A DNA stretch of 39,332 nt from Catajapyx aquilonaris (lineage: Eukaryota): NCBI GenBank assembly GCA_000934665.2, contig JYFJ02003639.1:1-39332 (forward strand), written 5' to 3'. The translations under genes and the position numbers were made by a program. The notes under the pieces are model-generated. The model had not been told where the DNA came from, did not search any database, and was given only the letters and a program-made list of their open reading frames with translations. Below, piece after piece: positions 9,772 to 19,005 of the stretch. Positions within the stretch are counted from its first letter, which is position 1. Every line of letters begins with the position of its first letter.

Positions 9772-10443
9772 TTACAGCGTTTCGTCATCAAAACATAATC
9801 TATATTTTCCATTTCCACGAGTTCGAGTCTTATCAATTGTAAGGAAACCATATTTTCTTTGCCAACTCTTTATACAAAGTTTTTTAAATTCTTGAAAATT
9901 TTCTAAATCATTGGTACAATGGTCACGATAAATCATATTTAAATTTCGATCACATTGAGGAAACACTAAAATCAAATTAGCATTGTCTCTGATTAATGCT
10001 GGGGGGATCATATTATATGTTTGTGCTAAATAAAAGCAATTCATATTTTTATGTCGACCGTGAGTAAAAACATCTTGAATTATGCGTTGTTTTCGAAGCT
10101 GAACATCATCAAACACAACTAAGTGTACTAAGCTGGGGTCGAGCTCGGTCAGTACTTCTTCGTCTTGAGTGAATAGTAATCTGCTCTCCTCTTCTTCATT
10201 TTTGAAGGCTTCCAGTAACCTTTTATATATTAGTTGCTCTGCTGTAGAAGTAAATATGATTAGTTTATCATAATCAATATATTTAGGAATAAGGATTAGG
10301 TTTACTAGTAAATTGGTTTTGCCACAGTTACTTGGACCAACTATAATGCATCTAATGCTTGAAGGTAATATTTTATGATGCTTTAAGAGCTTTGGTTGTA
10401 GTCCACTCGTCATGTTAAATATTTCCATCGTAAATGATAACAT
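9772..10443 (-). CDS. A32/FtsK-HerA family genome-packaging ATPase
   Basis: Walker A GPSNCGKT, Walker B LVVFDD, GRH motif, LAQ..Y and IR.NAN, as in Polinton and poxvirus A32-like ATPases. Confidence 0.93.
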   Translation of the reverse strand: MLSFTMEIFNMTSGLQPKLLKHHKILPSSIRCIIVGPSNCGKTNLLVNLILIPKYIDYDKLIIFTSTAEQLIYKRLLEAFKNEEEESRLLFTQDEEVLTELDPSLVHLVVFDDVQLRKQRIIQDVFTHGRHKNMNCFYLAQTYNMIPPALIRDNANLILVFPQCDRNLNMIYRDHCTNDLENFQEFKKLCIKSWQRKYGFLTIDKTRTRGNGKYRLCFDDETL

Positions 10444-10461
10444 TTTAATAGCTACACACCT

Positions 10462-11372
10462 TTATATGTCCACATCCATATCATATTCTTCGGCCCAAGA
10501 GACACTTTTTGTATTCCTTTTCCAATTAGAGTCACCTGCACATTCACCATCATCATCGTCGTCGTCGTCATCAGAAAGGGTGGATATTGCTGGTGATGTA
10601 ACTGTATTATCGAAAACTATCTCACCCTCCTCAATATCCTGTTGCTCCTCTCCCCAGTCTTCCACTTCCGATTCCACTTTTATACCATTTTGCAAAATGG
10701 AGGCATATGAGGGCTTATCTTTTGTTTCATTAATTGAAAAGTATGAGGGTATCTCTCGTTCATCTTTTGTTTCAATTTCTGTTTTGTCGGTTTGAAAGGA
10801 GATCTCATCATCACTAGGTAGTGGTGCTGTTACAGTCTCAATCCAATTGCTAACCATTGTTACTTTTTTCATTGCACAATCATGATTCAGGTAACATCTT
10901 TTCATATTTGTTGCAAAACATGCCTTTAAGATGTTATAGTTGGGACAACCCAGGGTTTCCACATTCACAACTGGACGTTGTAAATAGTTTGAAAACATTT
11001 GAGACTGAATAGACCCTGAAAGTGTGAAAGTAAAATTTTAAGACAAAGAATCATTTAACTTATGCATTTCTTACCTTTAGCATAGATGGTTTTGTAGTTC
11101 ATTGTCGCTGTTGTTAAACACTTCCCAATGTATTTATAAGGAACAGATCCGGCGGTAAAAGGAATTCCAGAAAAATTGTCACGTGTGTACAAATTCTCAT
11201 GTAAAATTGATGTTGACCAATGCTCAGAAGGTGATCGGAAGATAAAATGATTCGCTTCAGGTTCTAGTGTTGGGGATCCATTTGCGACCGACAGCGTAGC
11301 TACTTCTTTCGGAAAAAGTTCTCCTCTAGCATTCATGTAACAATGAGCTGCAATCATCACACCCGGTTCCAT
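10462..11372 (-). CDS. Spliced 283-aa protein (exons 11372-11075, 11015-10462); probable degenerate DEDD-exonuclease-fold, Zn-binding protein with acidic tail
   Basis: A phase-1 59-nt intron (11016-11074, GTAAGA...TTCAG) joins two track ORFs in frame, giving FPKEVA...HFIF.SP...IYAKG...VVNVE.LGCP...C...H.CA...V...W. Confidence 0.7.
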
Positions 11373-11446
11373 TGTCTAAGACTGTGAAATGGAATAAATA
11401 CTCTGACTATATATGCATGATTTTATGACTTTGCTTAAACATAAAC

Positions 11447-12700
11447 ATGCGCACGCATGTGAGTGGCACAGGTAATTTCTTAAACAAAGTGATTGATAAG
11501 CTTCCTTTTGAATTACATATCCCCGGATTTAATTTTTGTGGGCCAGGAACACGTTTAAAGAAAAGATTAGAGCGGGGAGATGTTGGGATTAATGAATTAG
11601 ACGAAGCTTGTAAAGAACATGACATTGCATATGCATCTGGTGCGGATAGACGAGAAGCAGATAAAGTTTTAGCGCAAAAGGCGTGGCAGTTAGTAAAAAG
11701 CCGACATGTCGGGTTAAAACAAAAACTAACTGCCTTAGCAGTAACAGCTGCGATGAAAGTGAAAGGGTTCATTGAAGGTCGTGGGAGTGGGGTAATGGAA
11801 ACCATTGCGAGAGAAGTACATCGACCCGCTAGAAAAACGTTTCCGAGACGTCACGTGATAACAAAAGGGCCTAATGATCTGTGGCAAGCGGATCTGGTTG
11901 AAATGTTGGAATTTTCCCGCTCAAATAAAGGTTATAAATATATACTAATGATAATCGATACATTCACTAAGTTCGCATGGGCTATAGCATTAAAAAAGAA
12001 AACAGGTGCAGAAGTAACTGATAGTATGAAAAAAGTAATGAAAAGAAATCATAAACCTACTCATCTGCAAACTGATAAGGGAAAAGAATTCTATAATCAA
12101 TATTTTTCTAAATTGATGCAGGAACTAAGTGTAAATCATTACTCTACACATTCCGATCTTAAAGCATCGATTGTTGAAAGACTCAATAGAACAATTAAAA
12201 ATCGCATGTATGAACGCTTTACAGCACTTGGCCATCATCGATGGATTGATTTATTACCAAGTATAATTAAAAAATATAATGAAAGCTATCATCGAACTAT
12301 AGGAACAACCCCATCTAAAGCTTATCGAAATGTGAAAGACATTACGGAGAAAATTTCTTCTTCCCGTAAAGTAGAACTCAAAACCCCCAAATATAAAATT
12401 GGAGATCGAGTGCGGATTTCAAAAGTAAGGGGGCAGTTTCACAAAGGTTATTTACCAAATTGGAGTAATGAGATATTTCAGATTGAAAGTGTTAGACAAA
12501 AGACTATAGATCCAATCACATACAAATTAGGTGGGGTAGATGGATCATTTTACGAACAAGAACTCTTAAAAACGAAAATTCCTGACGTGTATTTGATAGA
12601 GAAAGTTATAAAAAGGAAGGGTGATAAATTGTATGTGAAATGGAAGGGCTTTAGTTCTGCTCATAATAGTTGGATATTAAAGAGTGATGTAGAGGTATAA
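11447..12700 (+). CDS. Parvovirus VP1u-type phospholipase A2 fused to a retroviral-like (rve) DDE integrase with C-terminal chromodomain
   Basis: PLA2: PGFNFCGPGT...NELDEACKEHDIAY. Integrase: WQADL, IIDTFTKFAW, LQTDKGKEF, SIVERLNRTIK. Chromodomain: YLIEKVI...LYVKWKGF...NSWI. Confidence 0.95.
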   Translation: MRTHVSGTGNFLNKVIDKLPFELHIPGFNFCGPGTRLKKRLERGDVGINELDEACKEHDIAYASGADRREADKVLAQKAWQLVKSRHVGLKQKLTALAVTAAMKVKGFIEGRGSGVMETIAREVHRPARKTFPRRHVITKGPNDLWQADLVEMLEFSRSNKGYKYILMIIDTFTKFAWAIALKKKTGAEVTDSMKKVMKRNHKPTHLQTDKGKEFYNQYFSKLMQELSVNHYSTHSDLKASIVERLNRTIKNRMYERFTALGHHRWIDLLPSIIKKYNESYHRTIGTTPSKAYRNVKDITEKISSSRKVELKTPKYKIGDRVRISKVRGQFHKGYLPNWSNEIFQIESVRQKTIDPITYKLGGVDGSFYEQELLKTKIPDVYLIEKVIKRKGDKLYVKWKGFSSAHNSWILKSDVEV

Positions 12701-12733
12701 AAGTAAAAGAATGATTGAATAATTGTCACACAT

Positions 12734-13654
12734 ATGGATCGAATCCGTAAGTACGCTAAAGCAGCACAGCTAGAGGAATTAGTGCGTCTTAAGTTTCGCA
12801 AAAAAAGTGAAAGTAAAGCTAAAGGAGAGGAAGAATTAGTAGAATTTTTTAAACCACTAACAAAGAAATTGGACGAACAAAAACAGGGGGTGAATGACTT
12901 AACAACTGCAGTTAAAAAAGAAAAAGCAATACCGTCTCCAACTTCTACAGATTCACCTTGGAAAGCATCCACACCTCTCTCAACATCTAGATCCCGGTTC
13001 AAGACATATAATTCCAGTCCTAGCACTTCTCCCTCTACTTCTAGTTTACACACTTCCTCCCCTATCTTCAGTTTAGACAGACCTTCTAGACATGTATTGG
13101 AGGATGCTTATCTCAGTCATGAGGATCCTGATATTGTTTTTGGTGTAAGAAAGGAACATGATGGCTTTAGAGTTGGTAATCAAATCATTTCATTGTTTAG
13201 GGATGGAGTGACAGCATCGATAAAAGCCAAACAGTATGAAATGACACCAGGATTGATTGATTTATTAATTAATAGAAATCCTGTACATTATACTAACGAT
13301 GACTTGAGTAATTACACTATAATTTTACATGACACTAATACAATCCGACAAAATAATGACCCTGGAAATAGTAAACCAAAGTCGAGCTCCAGCAACAAAT
13401 GGCTTCAATTAATTAGGCCAATATGGTTTAAAATGAGAATGAAGGCAGGTGACGGAGTAAAAACGGTGCAAGAAGTTAATTTTTTACCTTATAAGAATCC
13501 TGACACCTTAGTATTTAGACTACAAGAGATATTAGCATCTAGGAATGCCGGAAATACCTCTCATTATAATGAAGCCATGTCATTAGTAGAAGAATTGCAT
13601 AGGAACAATTATATTACTGATCAGCAATATTCAAACTTACATAGAATGATCTGA
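12734..13654 (+). CDS. Conserved Polinton protein of unknown function (probable virion core/cement protein)
   Basis: Motifs D..FGV, Y..TPGL.DLL, YT..DL.NY..IL..TN and C-terminal P..LV.RL....AS..AGN..H.NE...VEEL recur in Polinton structural cassettes; Ser/Thr/Pro-rich linker. Confidence 0.75.
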   Translation: MDRIRKYAKAAQLEELVRLKFRKKSESKAKGEEELVEFFKPLTKKLDEQKQGVNDLTTAVKKEKAIPSPTSTDSPWKASTPLSTSRSRFKTYNSSPSTSPSTSSLHTSSPIFSLDRPSRHVLEDAYLSHEDPDIVFGVRKEHDGFRVGNQIISLFRDGVTASIKAKQYEMTPGLIDLLINRNPVHYTNDDLSNYTIILHDTNTIRQNNDPGNSKPKSSSSNKWLQLIRPIWFKMRMKAGDGVKTVQEVNFLPYKNPDTLVFRLQEILASRNAGNTSHYNEAMSLVEELHRNNYITDQQYSNLHRMI

Positions 13655-13703
13655 GAGTAAAAGTTAGTATAAATGATGTGAAAGATTTTAGACAGAGATC
13701 AGA

Positions 13704-14414
13704 ATGATGCTTCTCGAGATTAGTGGAAGGTGTCCATTAATTAGTGCGACATTCTCACCACCAATCGCTTTACCTGAAAAATGTGAATTAGCGTTAATTG
13801 GTTTTAACACCTATTATTCCAATCCGAATATCGATCATTCTAATTGCGAGTTATACTATACCATAGGCAATGGAAAGACTCAATTACTCAAAATCCCTTA
13901 CGGTCATTACGAAGCTAAGGAACTTGCAGAACTCATTAACCAAAAAATACCAGAAATAAATATTATTATAAATGACAATACCGGTAGGTCAGAGATAACA
14001 ACAACTTCTCAAGATAATGTTATATTAGCTTTTTCTGCGCCATATTCAGTTGGAAAGGTTCTAGGTTTTCACAAGAACGTTACATTACAACATAATACAC
14101 CTGCAAAGGTAAGTAAATTCTTAATCAACATAACTAAAGTTACGTCTATACAAATACATTGTAATATTGTAAGCCGGGGGTATGTTAATGGTAAAGAAAC
14201 AAATCTCTTATATTCTTATTATCCGGATGTTGCACCTCATTACCTAATAGTGAAAGAAATTGCTAATCCTATTTACCTACCACTATCAGCATCATTTATT
14301 GACGATCTACACATAAATATAACTGATCAGGATGGACAAAAGCTATATAATGGGGATGATTTAATCACTTTTCGCATTCACGTGAGACCAATCAATAGAG
14401 ATGTTATCGCGTAG
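13704..14414 (+). CDS. Minor capsid protein (penton, single jelly roll)
   Basis: F.PPI.L, ALI.F.TY.S.PNI, IP.G.YE, I.I.CNIV..Y.NG and PIYLP...I.ITDQDG pattern; lies directly upstream of the major capsid gene. Confidence 0.85.
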   Translation: MMLLEISGRCPLISATFSPPIALPEKCELALIGFNTYYSNPNIDHSNCELYYTIGNGKTQLLKIPYGHYEAKELAELINQKIPEINIIINDNTGRSEITTTSQDNVILAFSAPYSVGKVLGFHKNVTLQHNTPAKVSKFLINITKVTSIQIHCNIVSRGYVNGKETNLLYSYYPDVAPHYLIVKEIANPIYLPLSASFIDDLHINITDQDGQKLYNGDDLITFRIHVRPINRDVIA

Positions 14415-15666
14415 AGCTCAAGACGTTTTACATGGATTAACTTCTTCACCTGGGAATGAGGAACTAGAATTTAAAAAACTAGATTACATCGAATACCAAC
14501 CAGATTCTAGTGATTTAAACTTTCCCAATTCTGATGTGGTTCACAGACTACCTCGCCTTGATAGTTACGTAGATTTATCACGGGCATATTATTACTTTAA
14601 AGGAGTAATTGTAAAAGGGCCAACGAATCAAAAATTTGACCCTGCTGACAAGATACACCCAATCAATAATTTTGTTCTTTTCCATTTTGATAAATTTTCA
14701 TGTACCATTAATGATTCAGAGGTGACTTATCTTCAGAATTTAGGACGTGCTACAACTCTTAAATATATATCATGTTTACACGAAACAAATATAGAAAATG
14801 AAGGTTGGAATATAAATATTACCAGAAATAAAGATTCTCGTATAAAAGATGGACAATTCTCATTCATAATTCCACTGAAGCGGTTATCCGGCTTCTTTGA
14901 GGATTTAAATCAGGTTTTGTATGGTCCCACGGTTAAGTGCGTCTTGAGTCGTAATGATTTGGTCAAGGATACTCTATATGTGTATGAGGGTGCTGCAAAT
15001 GCAGTACATGAATCATATAAAATTAATTTTGAACAAATATCTTTATTCATCCCACATTTAGAACCTACTATATCCACACATACTAAATACCTATCTCTCC
15101 TACAAAACGAAACTCCGCAAGAATTTAAATATAGGGATTTTCGGTGTGGTACTTTGCCTCTGACAAAGGGGGCTAACACATTTTCTTTTAATATTCCGAT
15201 TAGTGGACTCATGGTTAATGTACCTCATTATGTGATAGTTGGGTTTCAAAGTGGACGAGAAAACGCATTGAAGAAAGATACCTCACATTTTGATCATATA
15301 TATCTTAAAGACATCAATATACTACTAAATAATCAGAGGTTTCCTGGAAAGGATTTAAATTTAGATTGGGAAAGAAATGAGTGTCAGAAATTATATTACA
15401 TGTTGATTAATTTTAAGAATTCATATTACGGAAGAGACTTGTCAACAGTGGTCTCACACTCTGACTTTATAGACAAATGTCCAATTGTTGCAATTGATTG
15501 TAGTCAGCAAAACATGGAACTAACTACTTCCAGTTCGAATATGGCACTCGACATACGACTTAGTAAGGATTTGGGAGAAGATACCCGCATGTATTATCTC
15601 CTAATCTATTACCGTACCTTCCAAACGTCTTTTGGTGGCACTCGCATGATGGAGTTGACAGTATAA
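14401..15666 (+). CDS. Major capsid protein (double jelly roll)
   Basis: 421 aa, beta-rich; NNF...F, F...IPL..L.GFFED, P.YVIVGFQ..R, FDH..L....LN..RFP and IDCS.Q motifs of Polinton major capsid proteins. Confidence 0.88.
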   Translation: MLSRRAQDVLHGLTSSPGNEELEFKKLDYIEYQPDSSDLNFPNSDVVHRLPRLDSYVDLSRAYYYFKGVIVKGPTNQKFDPADKIHPINNFVLFHFDKFSCTINDSEVTYLQNLGRATTLKYISCLHETNIENEGWNINITRNKDSRIKDGQFSFIIPLKRLSGFFEDLNQVLYGPTVKCVLSRNDLVKDTLYVYEGAANAVHESYKINFEQISLFIPHLEPTISTHTKYLSLLQNETPQEFKYRDFRCGTLPLTKGANTFSFNIPISGLMVNVPHYVIVGFQSGRENALKKDTSHFDHIYLKDINILLNNQRFPGKDLNLDWERNECQKLYYMLINFKNSYYGRDLSTVVSHSDFIDKCPIVAIDCSQQNMELTTSSSNMALDIRLSKDLGEDTRMYYLLIYYRTFQTSFGGTRMMELTV

Positions 15667-15689
15667 ATAGCTTCAACTTTAGTCGATTG

Positions 15690-15986
15690 ATGTCTATAAT
15701 GGTTGTGAGAAAGAAAGGGGTGAGACGTGTTAAAAAACAACGGAATCTGAAAAAAAAACGCGGAGGATTTCTACCTCTGCTGATACCTGCAGTAGGGGCG
15801 CTAGTCTCAGCCATTTCCGGAATTACGAGTGCGGCACTCAATGCCAAAGCCAATCAGAAACGTATGGATATGATACAAAAGCAGAATCAAATTATATCCC
15901 AACTAAAGGGTGGGAGGGGTCTAAAGCTTTATCCTTATCGGCAGAGGAGAGGTTCGGGGGTAAAAAGACGGAAATCACGCCGTTAA
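15690..15986 (+). CDS. Basic core protein resembling adenovirus pX (mu precursor)
   Basis: Lys/Arg-rich N-terminus followed by KRGGFLPLLIPAVGALVSAISGITSAAL, close to adenovirus pX MRGGILPLLIPLIAAAIGA; LKGG protease-type site. First ATG is at 15690. Confidence 0.8.
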   Translation: MSIMVVRKKGVRRVKKQRNLKKKRGGFLPLLIPAVGALVSAISGITSAALNAKANQKRMDMIQKQNQIISQLKGGRGLKLYPYRQRRGSGVKRRKSRR

Positions 15987-16372
15987 CAAATGAGGACATT
16001 ATTCATTTAGCTAAATGGTTAAAAATTAAAAATTTTAAAGGTGTTTTTATGCGTGACGAACTTAAAGGTGTTGTTGGAAACCGTGAGTGTGGGGTAATAA
16101 ATTTAGACAATAGTAATGGTCCCGGGACCCATTGGACAGCATACTGGAAAAATGATGGTAATGTTTATTACTTTGATAGTATTGGTGATATAAAACCTCC
16201 TACAGAATTAATAAAATATTTAGGACCCAATATATATTACAATGTAAATCGATTGCAGAGCATAGACAATGGTGAACCCTCTTGTGGTCACCTATGTTTA
16301 ATAATTCTCTCTGACCTAAGTGAAGGCTACTCGTTCCAAGATATTTTAAACCAATATGAATCGATTTGGTAA
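15980..16372 (+). CDS. Adenain/Ulp1-type cysteine maturation protease (conserved region starts upstream of the first ATG at 16049)
   Basis: Catalytic motifs GTHW, YFDS and Q...CGHLC. The in-frame upstream sequence reads PLTNEDII...IKNFKGVFMRD, the usual N-terminus of this family. Confidence 0.9.
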   Translation, partial: PLTNEDIIHLAKWLKIKNFKGVFMRDELKGVVGNRECGVINLDNSNGPGTHWTAYWKNDGNVYYFDSIGDIKPPTELIKYLGPNIYYNVNRLQSIDNGEPSCGHLCLIILSDLSEGYSFQDILNQYESIW

Positions 16373-17135
16373 ATGCACTTCTTCGTCACCAGGGCTACAT
16401 AGAATGGGAAGTGGGAAACAGTTCACAGAGGGAGACGATTTTTATGGATTTCATGGAAAGCGATTAAATAATGTAGGTCCACCACAACAATTAAATGATG
16501 TTGTAACAAGAGCCTATTTAGACCAGTTTGCTAGGATAAGAACAAGTGATGGAAAGGAACTGTTAACTGTTCCACCTCGCGGACCTATCAATGTTCACGA
16601 AAAGCGATTAAGTAATATAGGTCAACCTATTGAACCAATGGATGCTGTGACCTTACAATACATACAACAAAAATGTATTACGCATGATGACTCCATTAAA
16701 TGCTATTATGCGAATGGAGAAAGAATAGCAGGTGTTGCAACACCTGTAGATGATCAGGATTGTGTAAATCAAGGATTTCTCAAGTCGGTTACATTAATTC
16801 GCGACGAACATGGATACAATGCTAAAGGAAAACGCATTGGACAAGTTTTAGCGCCAGAATCTGATGATGATGTTGTCACCCTTGCTCACCTTACCCATCA
16901 GTGTTTAACTAAACATAAAAAACATTACACTGCAAAAAAATTAAAGATAATGAAACTGGGAACTCCGGAGGCACCGGATGATGCTTGTACTAAAGACTAT
17001 GTGGATTTTTACGTTCGCAACATTGTTAAAATACTTCTCAAATTGGGACGAGAAGATATGTCAGAAGAAGTCTTAGGTATAAATACAATGTTAAATGATG
17101 CACCTGTTCCACAAAGTGATTCAACCCCCTTGTAG
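16356..17135 (+). CDS. Putative fibre/spike protein with five adhesin-stalk-like repeats
   Basis: Repeats KRLNNVGPP...DVVTRAYLD, KRLSNIGQP...DAVTLQYI, ERIAGVATP...DCVNQGFL, KRIGQVLAP...DVVTLAHL and KIMKLGTP...DACTKDYVD; AATAAA at 17159. Confidence 0.75.
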   Translation: MNRFGKCTSSSPGLHRMGSGKQFTEGDDFYGFHGKRLNNVGPPQQLNDVVTRAYLDQFARIRTSDGKELLTVPPRGPINVHEKRLSNIGQPIEPMDAVTLQYIQQKCITHDDSIKCYYANGERIAGVATPVDDQDCVNQGFLKSVTLIRDEHGYNAKGKRIGQVLAPESDDDVVTLAHLTHQCLTKHKKHYTAKKLKIMKLGTPEAPDDACTKDYVDFYVRNIVKILLKLGREDMSEEVLGINTMLNDAPVPQSDSTPL

Positions 17136-17374
17136 AGTGAAGATGGAAATAACAATTAAATAAATTGTTTCTATATAATATCACTTTTATTTCATATTAC
17201 CTACTTATAATTCTGTTTTGCACCACCATGCGATACTATGGCCGGAGGTACAGCTATAGGGAGAAGTTTATTGCTACTATTATCGTTGTCGCTTTTCCCC
17301 CTTTTGGTCATACTACTGATTTTAAATTGAAGTGTTATTGTACTTATATATGAATCTGTTTTCCATTAGTGTAA

Positions 17375-17508
17375 GACACAGACACATCAAATGTGTTTTT
17401 ATGTTTATTTTTCTACGCCCTCCAAACCAGATGGCGTCCTTGACACAGACACATCAAATGCGTTTTTTATGTTTATTTTTTCTACGCCCTCCAAACCAGA
17501 TGGCGTCC
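17375..17508 (+). repeat. Two ~67-bp tandem repeats upstream of the right accessory cluster
   Basis: GACACAGACACATCAAATG...CTACGCCCTCCAAACCAGATGGCGTCC at 17375 and 17442. Confidence 0.88.
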
Positions 17509-17728
17509 CTAAACCAGTTGACTTCACACGCCAACATATCAGAGGTTTTATTACTTAGCTAGCTTTCTACACAGCTCATACTGCATTGGTTCATTCCATT
17601 CGGAAATCATCTCTACACCATCTCTCAAGCTGGATGGAGAGTCACGTAAGTAACTACATAGTTTCACTACTCTATAGTTACCTACCTACAATAGCAATCT
17701 CTCTTTATTCATAGACTCTCTCTCTACT

Positions 17729-18067
17729 ATGAATATTTTTAATCGTCTTTTCGGTGATGAATTGGTAAACCTGTTTAATGAGGAATTAATGTTTGGGTGT
17801 AGGTGGGAGTGTGTGGAACTTGAAATGTGGGACAATGATGAACCAGTTGTTTATTGGTACCGTGTTCCGGATGATGTAATTGTGGGTCTATTCGATGATC
17901 AAGCTTGCGGGATAGAATTTATTAACTTATTTAACGAAAACCCAGTTCAAAATTATTATATAGATTATTTTCCCAATAGAAATGGTTATTATACATGGCA
18001 ATATTCTTTGATAGATAAATGCGAGAGTGATGATGATGAATCATGTCGGGCATGTAAACGGGGATAA
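17729..18067 (+). CDS. Acidic accessory hypothetical protein with C-terminal CxxC
   Basis: 112-aa ATG-started ORF in AT-rich context; no recognisable family. Confidence 0.6.
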   Translation: MNIFNRLFGDELVNLFNEELMFGCRWECVELEMWDNDEPVVYWYRVPDDVIVGLFDDQACGIEFINLFNENPVQNYYIDYFPNRNGYYTWQYSLIDKCESDDDESCRACKRG

Positions 18068-18160
18068 TTAATTCCAACCATTAATTCATTAATTCCAACC
18101 CTTCTCGTTTCCGCTATTATATCTTCCTACCCACACCTCGCTTCCACTTAGTCTTGAGAC

Positions 18161-18589
18161 ATGGCTGTACACGTTGCACTATTCGTTGGTATTAAGCCAC
18201 ATAACTGTTTGAAATTACAAAAAACCGAAAAGGTGGTTAGTCTATGGAGGAATAATCACGAGGTGTTGGAAGATCCTGGATTAATCCCGTCTGGAATGGT
18301 TCACACCTATAGTCATTGCACATACAGCTACTTTACGTGTGATTGTAAGGCGAAGAAAAAAATTCAATTAGATATTGATAAGGGTATATCTTGGTATACC
18401 CACCCCGATTGTCGTGAAGAAGGTGAAGATGTCATTCGTCCTGGCATGGTGAGTCTATCATCACTAGTATTCGCGACTATTATTAAAAACATTTTCTTAC
18501 TAGATGATCACGTACGCCAAAATGATTCTTTGCGCCAGCCTCTTTCAAATGGAAAAAGAACTTTGTCAGTTGGAGGGTGGATCACGTGA
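18161..18589 (+). CDS. Cys/His-containing accessory hypothetical protein
   Basis: 142-aa ORF with HTYSHC...CDC...HPDC. Confidence 0.6.
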   Translation: MAVHVALFVGIKPHNCLKLQKTEKVVSLWRNNHEVLEDPGLIPSGMVHTYSHCTYSYFTCDCKAKKKIQLDIDKGISWYTHPDCREEGEDVIRPGMVSLSSLVFATIIKNIFLLDDHVRQNDSLRQPLSNGKRTLSVGGWIT

Positions 18590-18893
18590 CCTTCGGGAAC
18601 AGGTTCCTACAATGATCCGGATGACAAAAGAGGGCTGGTACTCGGGACGAAGACTGGTAAACCTGGTTCATCAACTACGTGCTGCAAAGGGATTGTCTGA
18701 GACTATGATGCAATATCGGGATTTATTCAAGGGCATGAAAGATAATACCTTGAAGAGATGTATTGTGAAACACTCCTTTATACCTCTCCCATCTACCTCT
18801 TCACAACTCCCATCTTCTGTTCCAGTCACCAATAATGAACCTTATTTTCCATACCCTACCGAAACTCTACTTTCTGACATATTTGACGTGTAG
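18504..18893 (+). CDS. Accessory hypothetical protein (overlaps the previous ORF; start uncertain)
   Basis: 129-aa ORF followed by AATAAA at 18911. Confidence 0.5.
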   Translation: MITYAKMILCASLFQMEKELCQLEGGSRDLREQVPTMIRMTKEGWYSGRRLVNLVHQLRAAKGLSETMMQYRDLFKGMKDNTLKRCIVKHSFIPLPSTSSQLPSSVPVTNNEPYFPYPTETLLSDIFDV

Positions 18894-19005
18894 TCTATCA
18901 CAGTCTTATCAATAAATGAATAATGTAAGAAATGTTTTATTTTGCTATTCCTTATAGCTGGAGAAGGTCTTTGACGAGTGCATTGATCGCCTTACGACTC
19001 TTAAA

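Noticed and set aside
10412..15853. Antisense/shadow ORFs (10412+, 11407-, 12661-, 14910-, 15560-)
   Set aside because: They lie opposite well-supported genes and show no motifs.
18445..18490. BC-box/SOCS-box (SLSSLVFATI) in the 18161 ORF
   Set aside because: It lacks the conserved Cys/Ala position and is too short to support.
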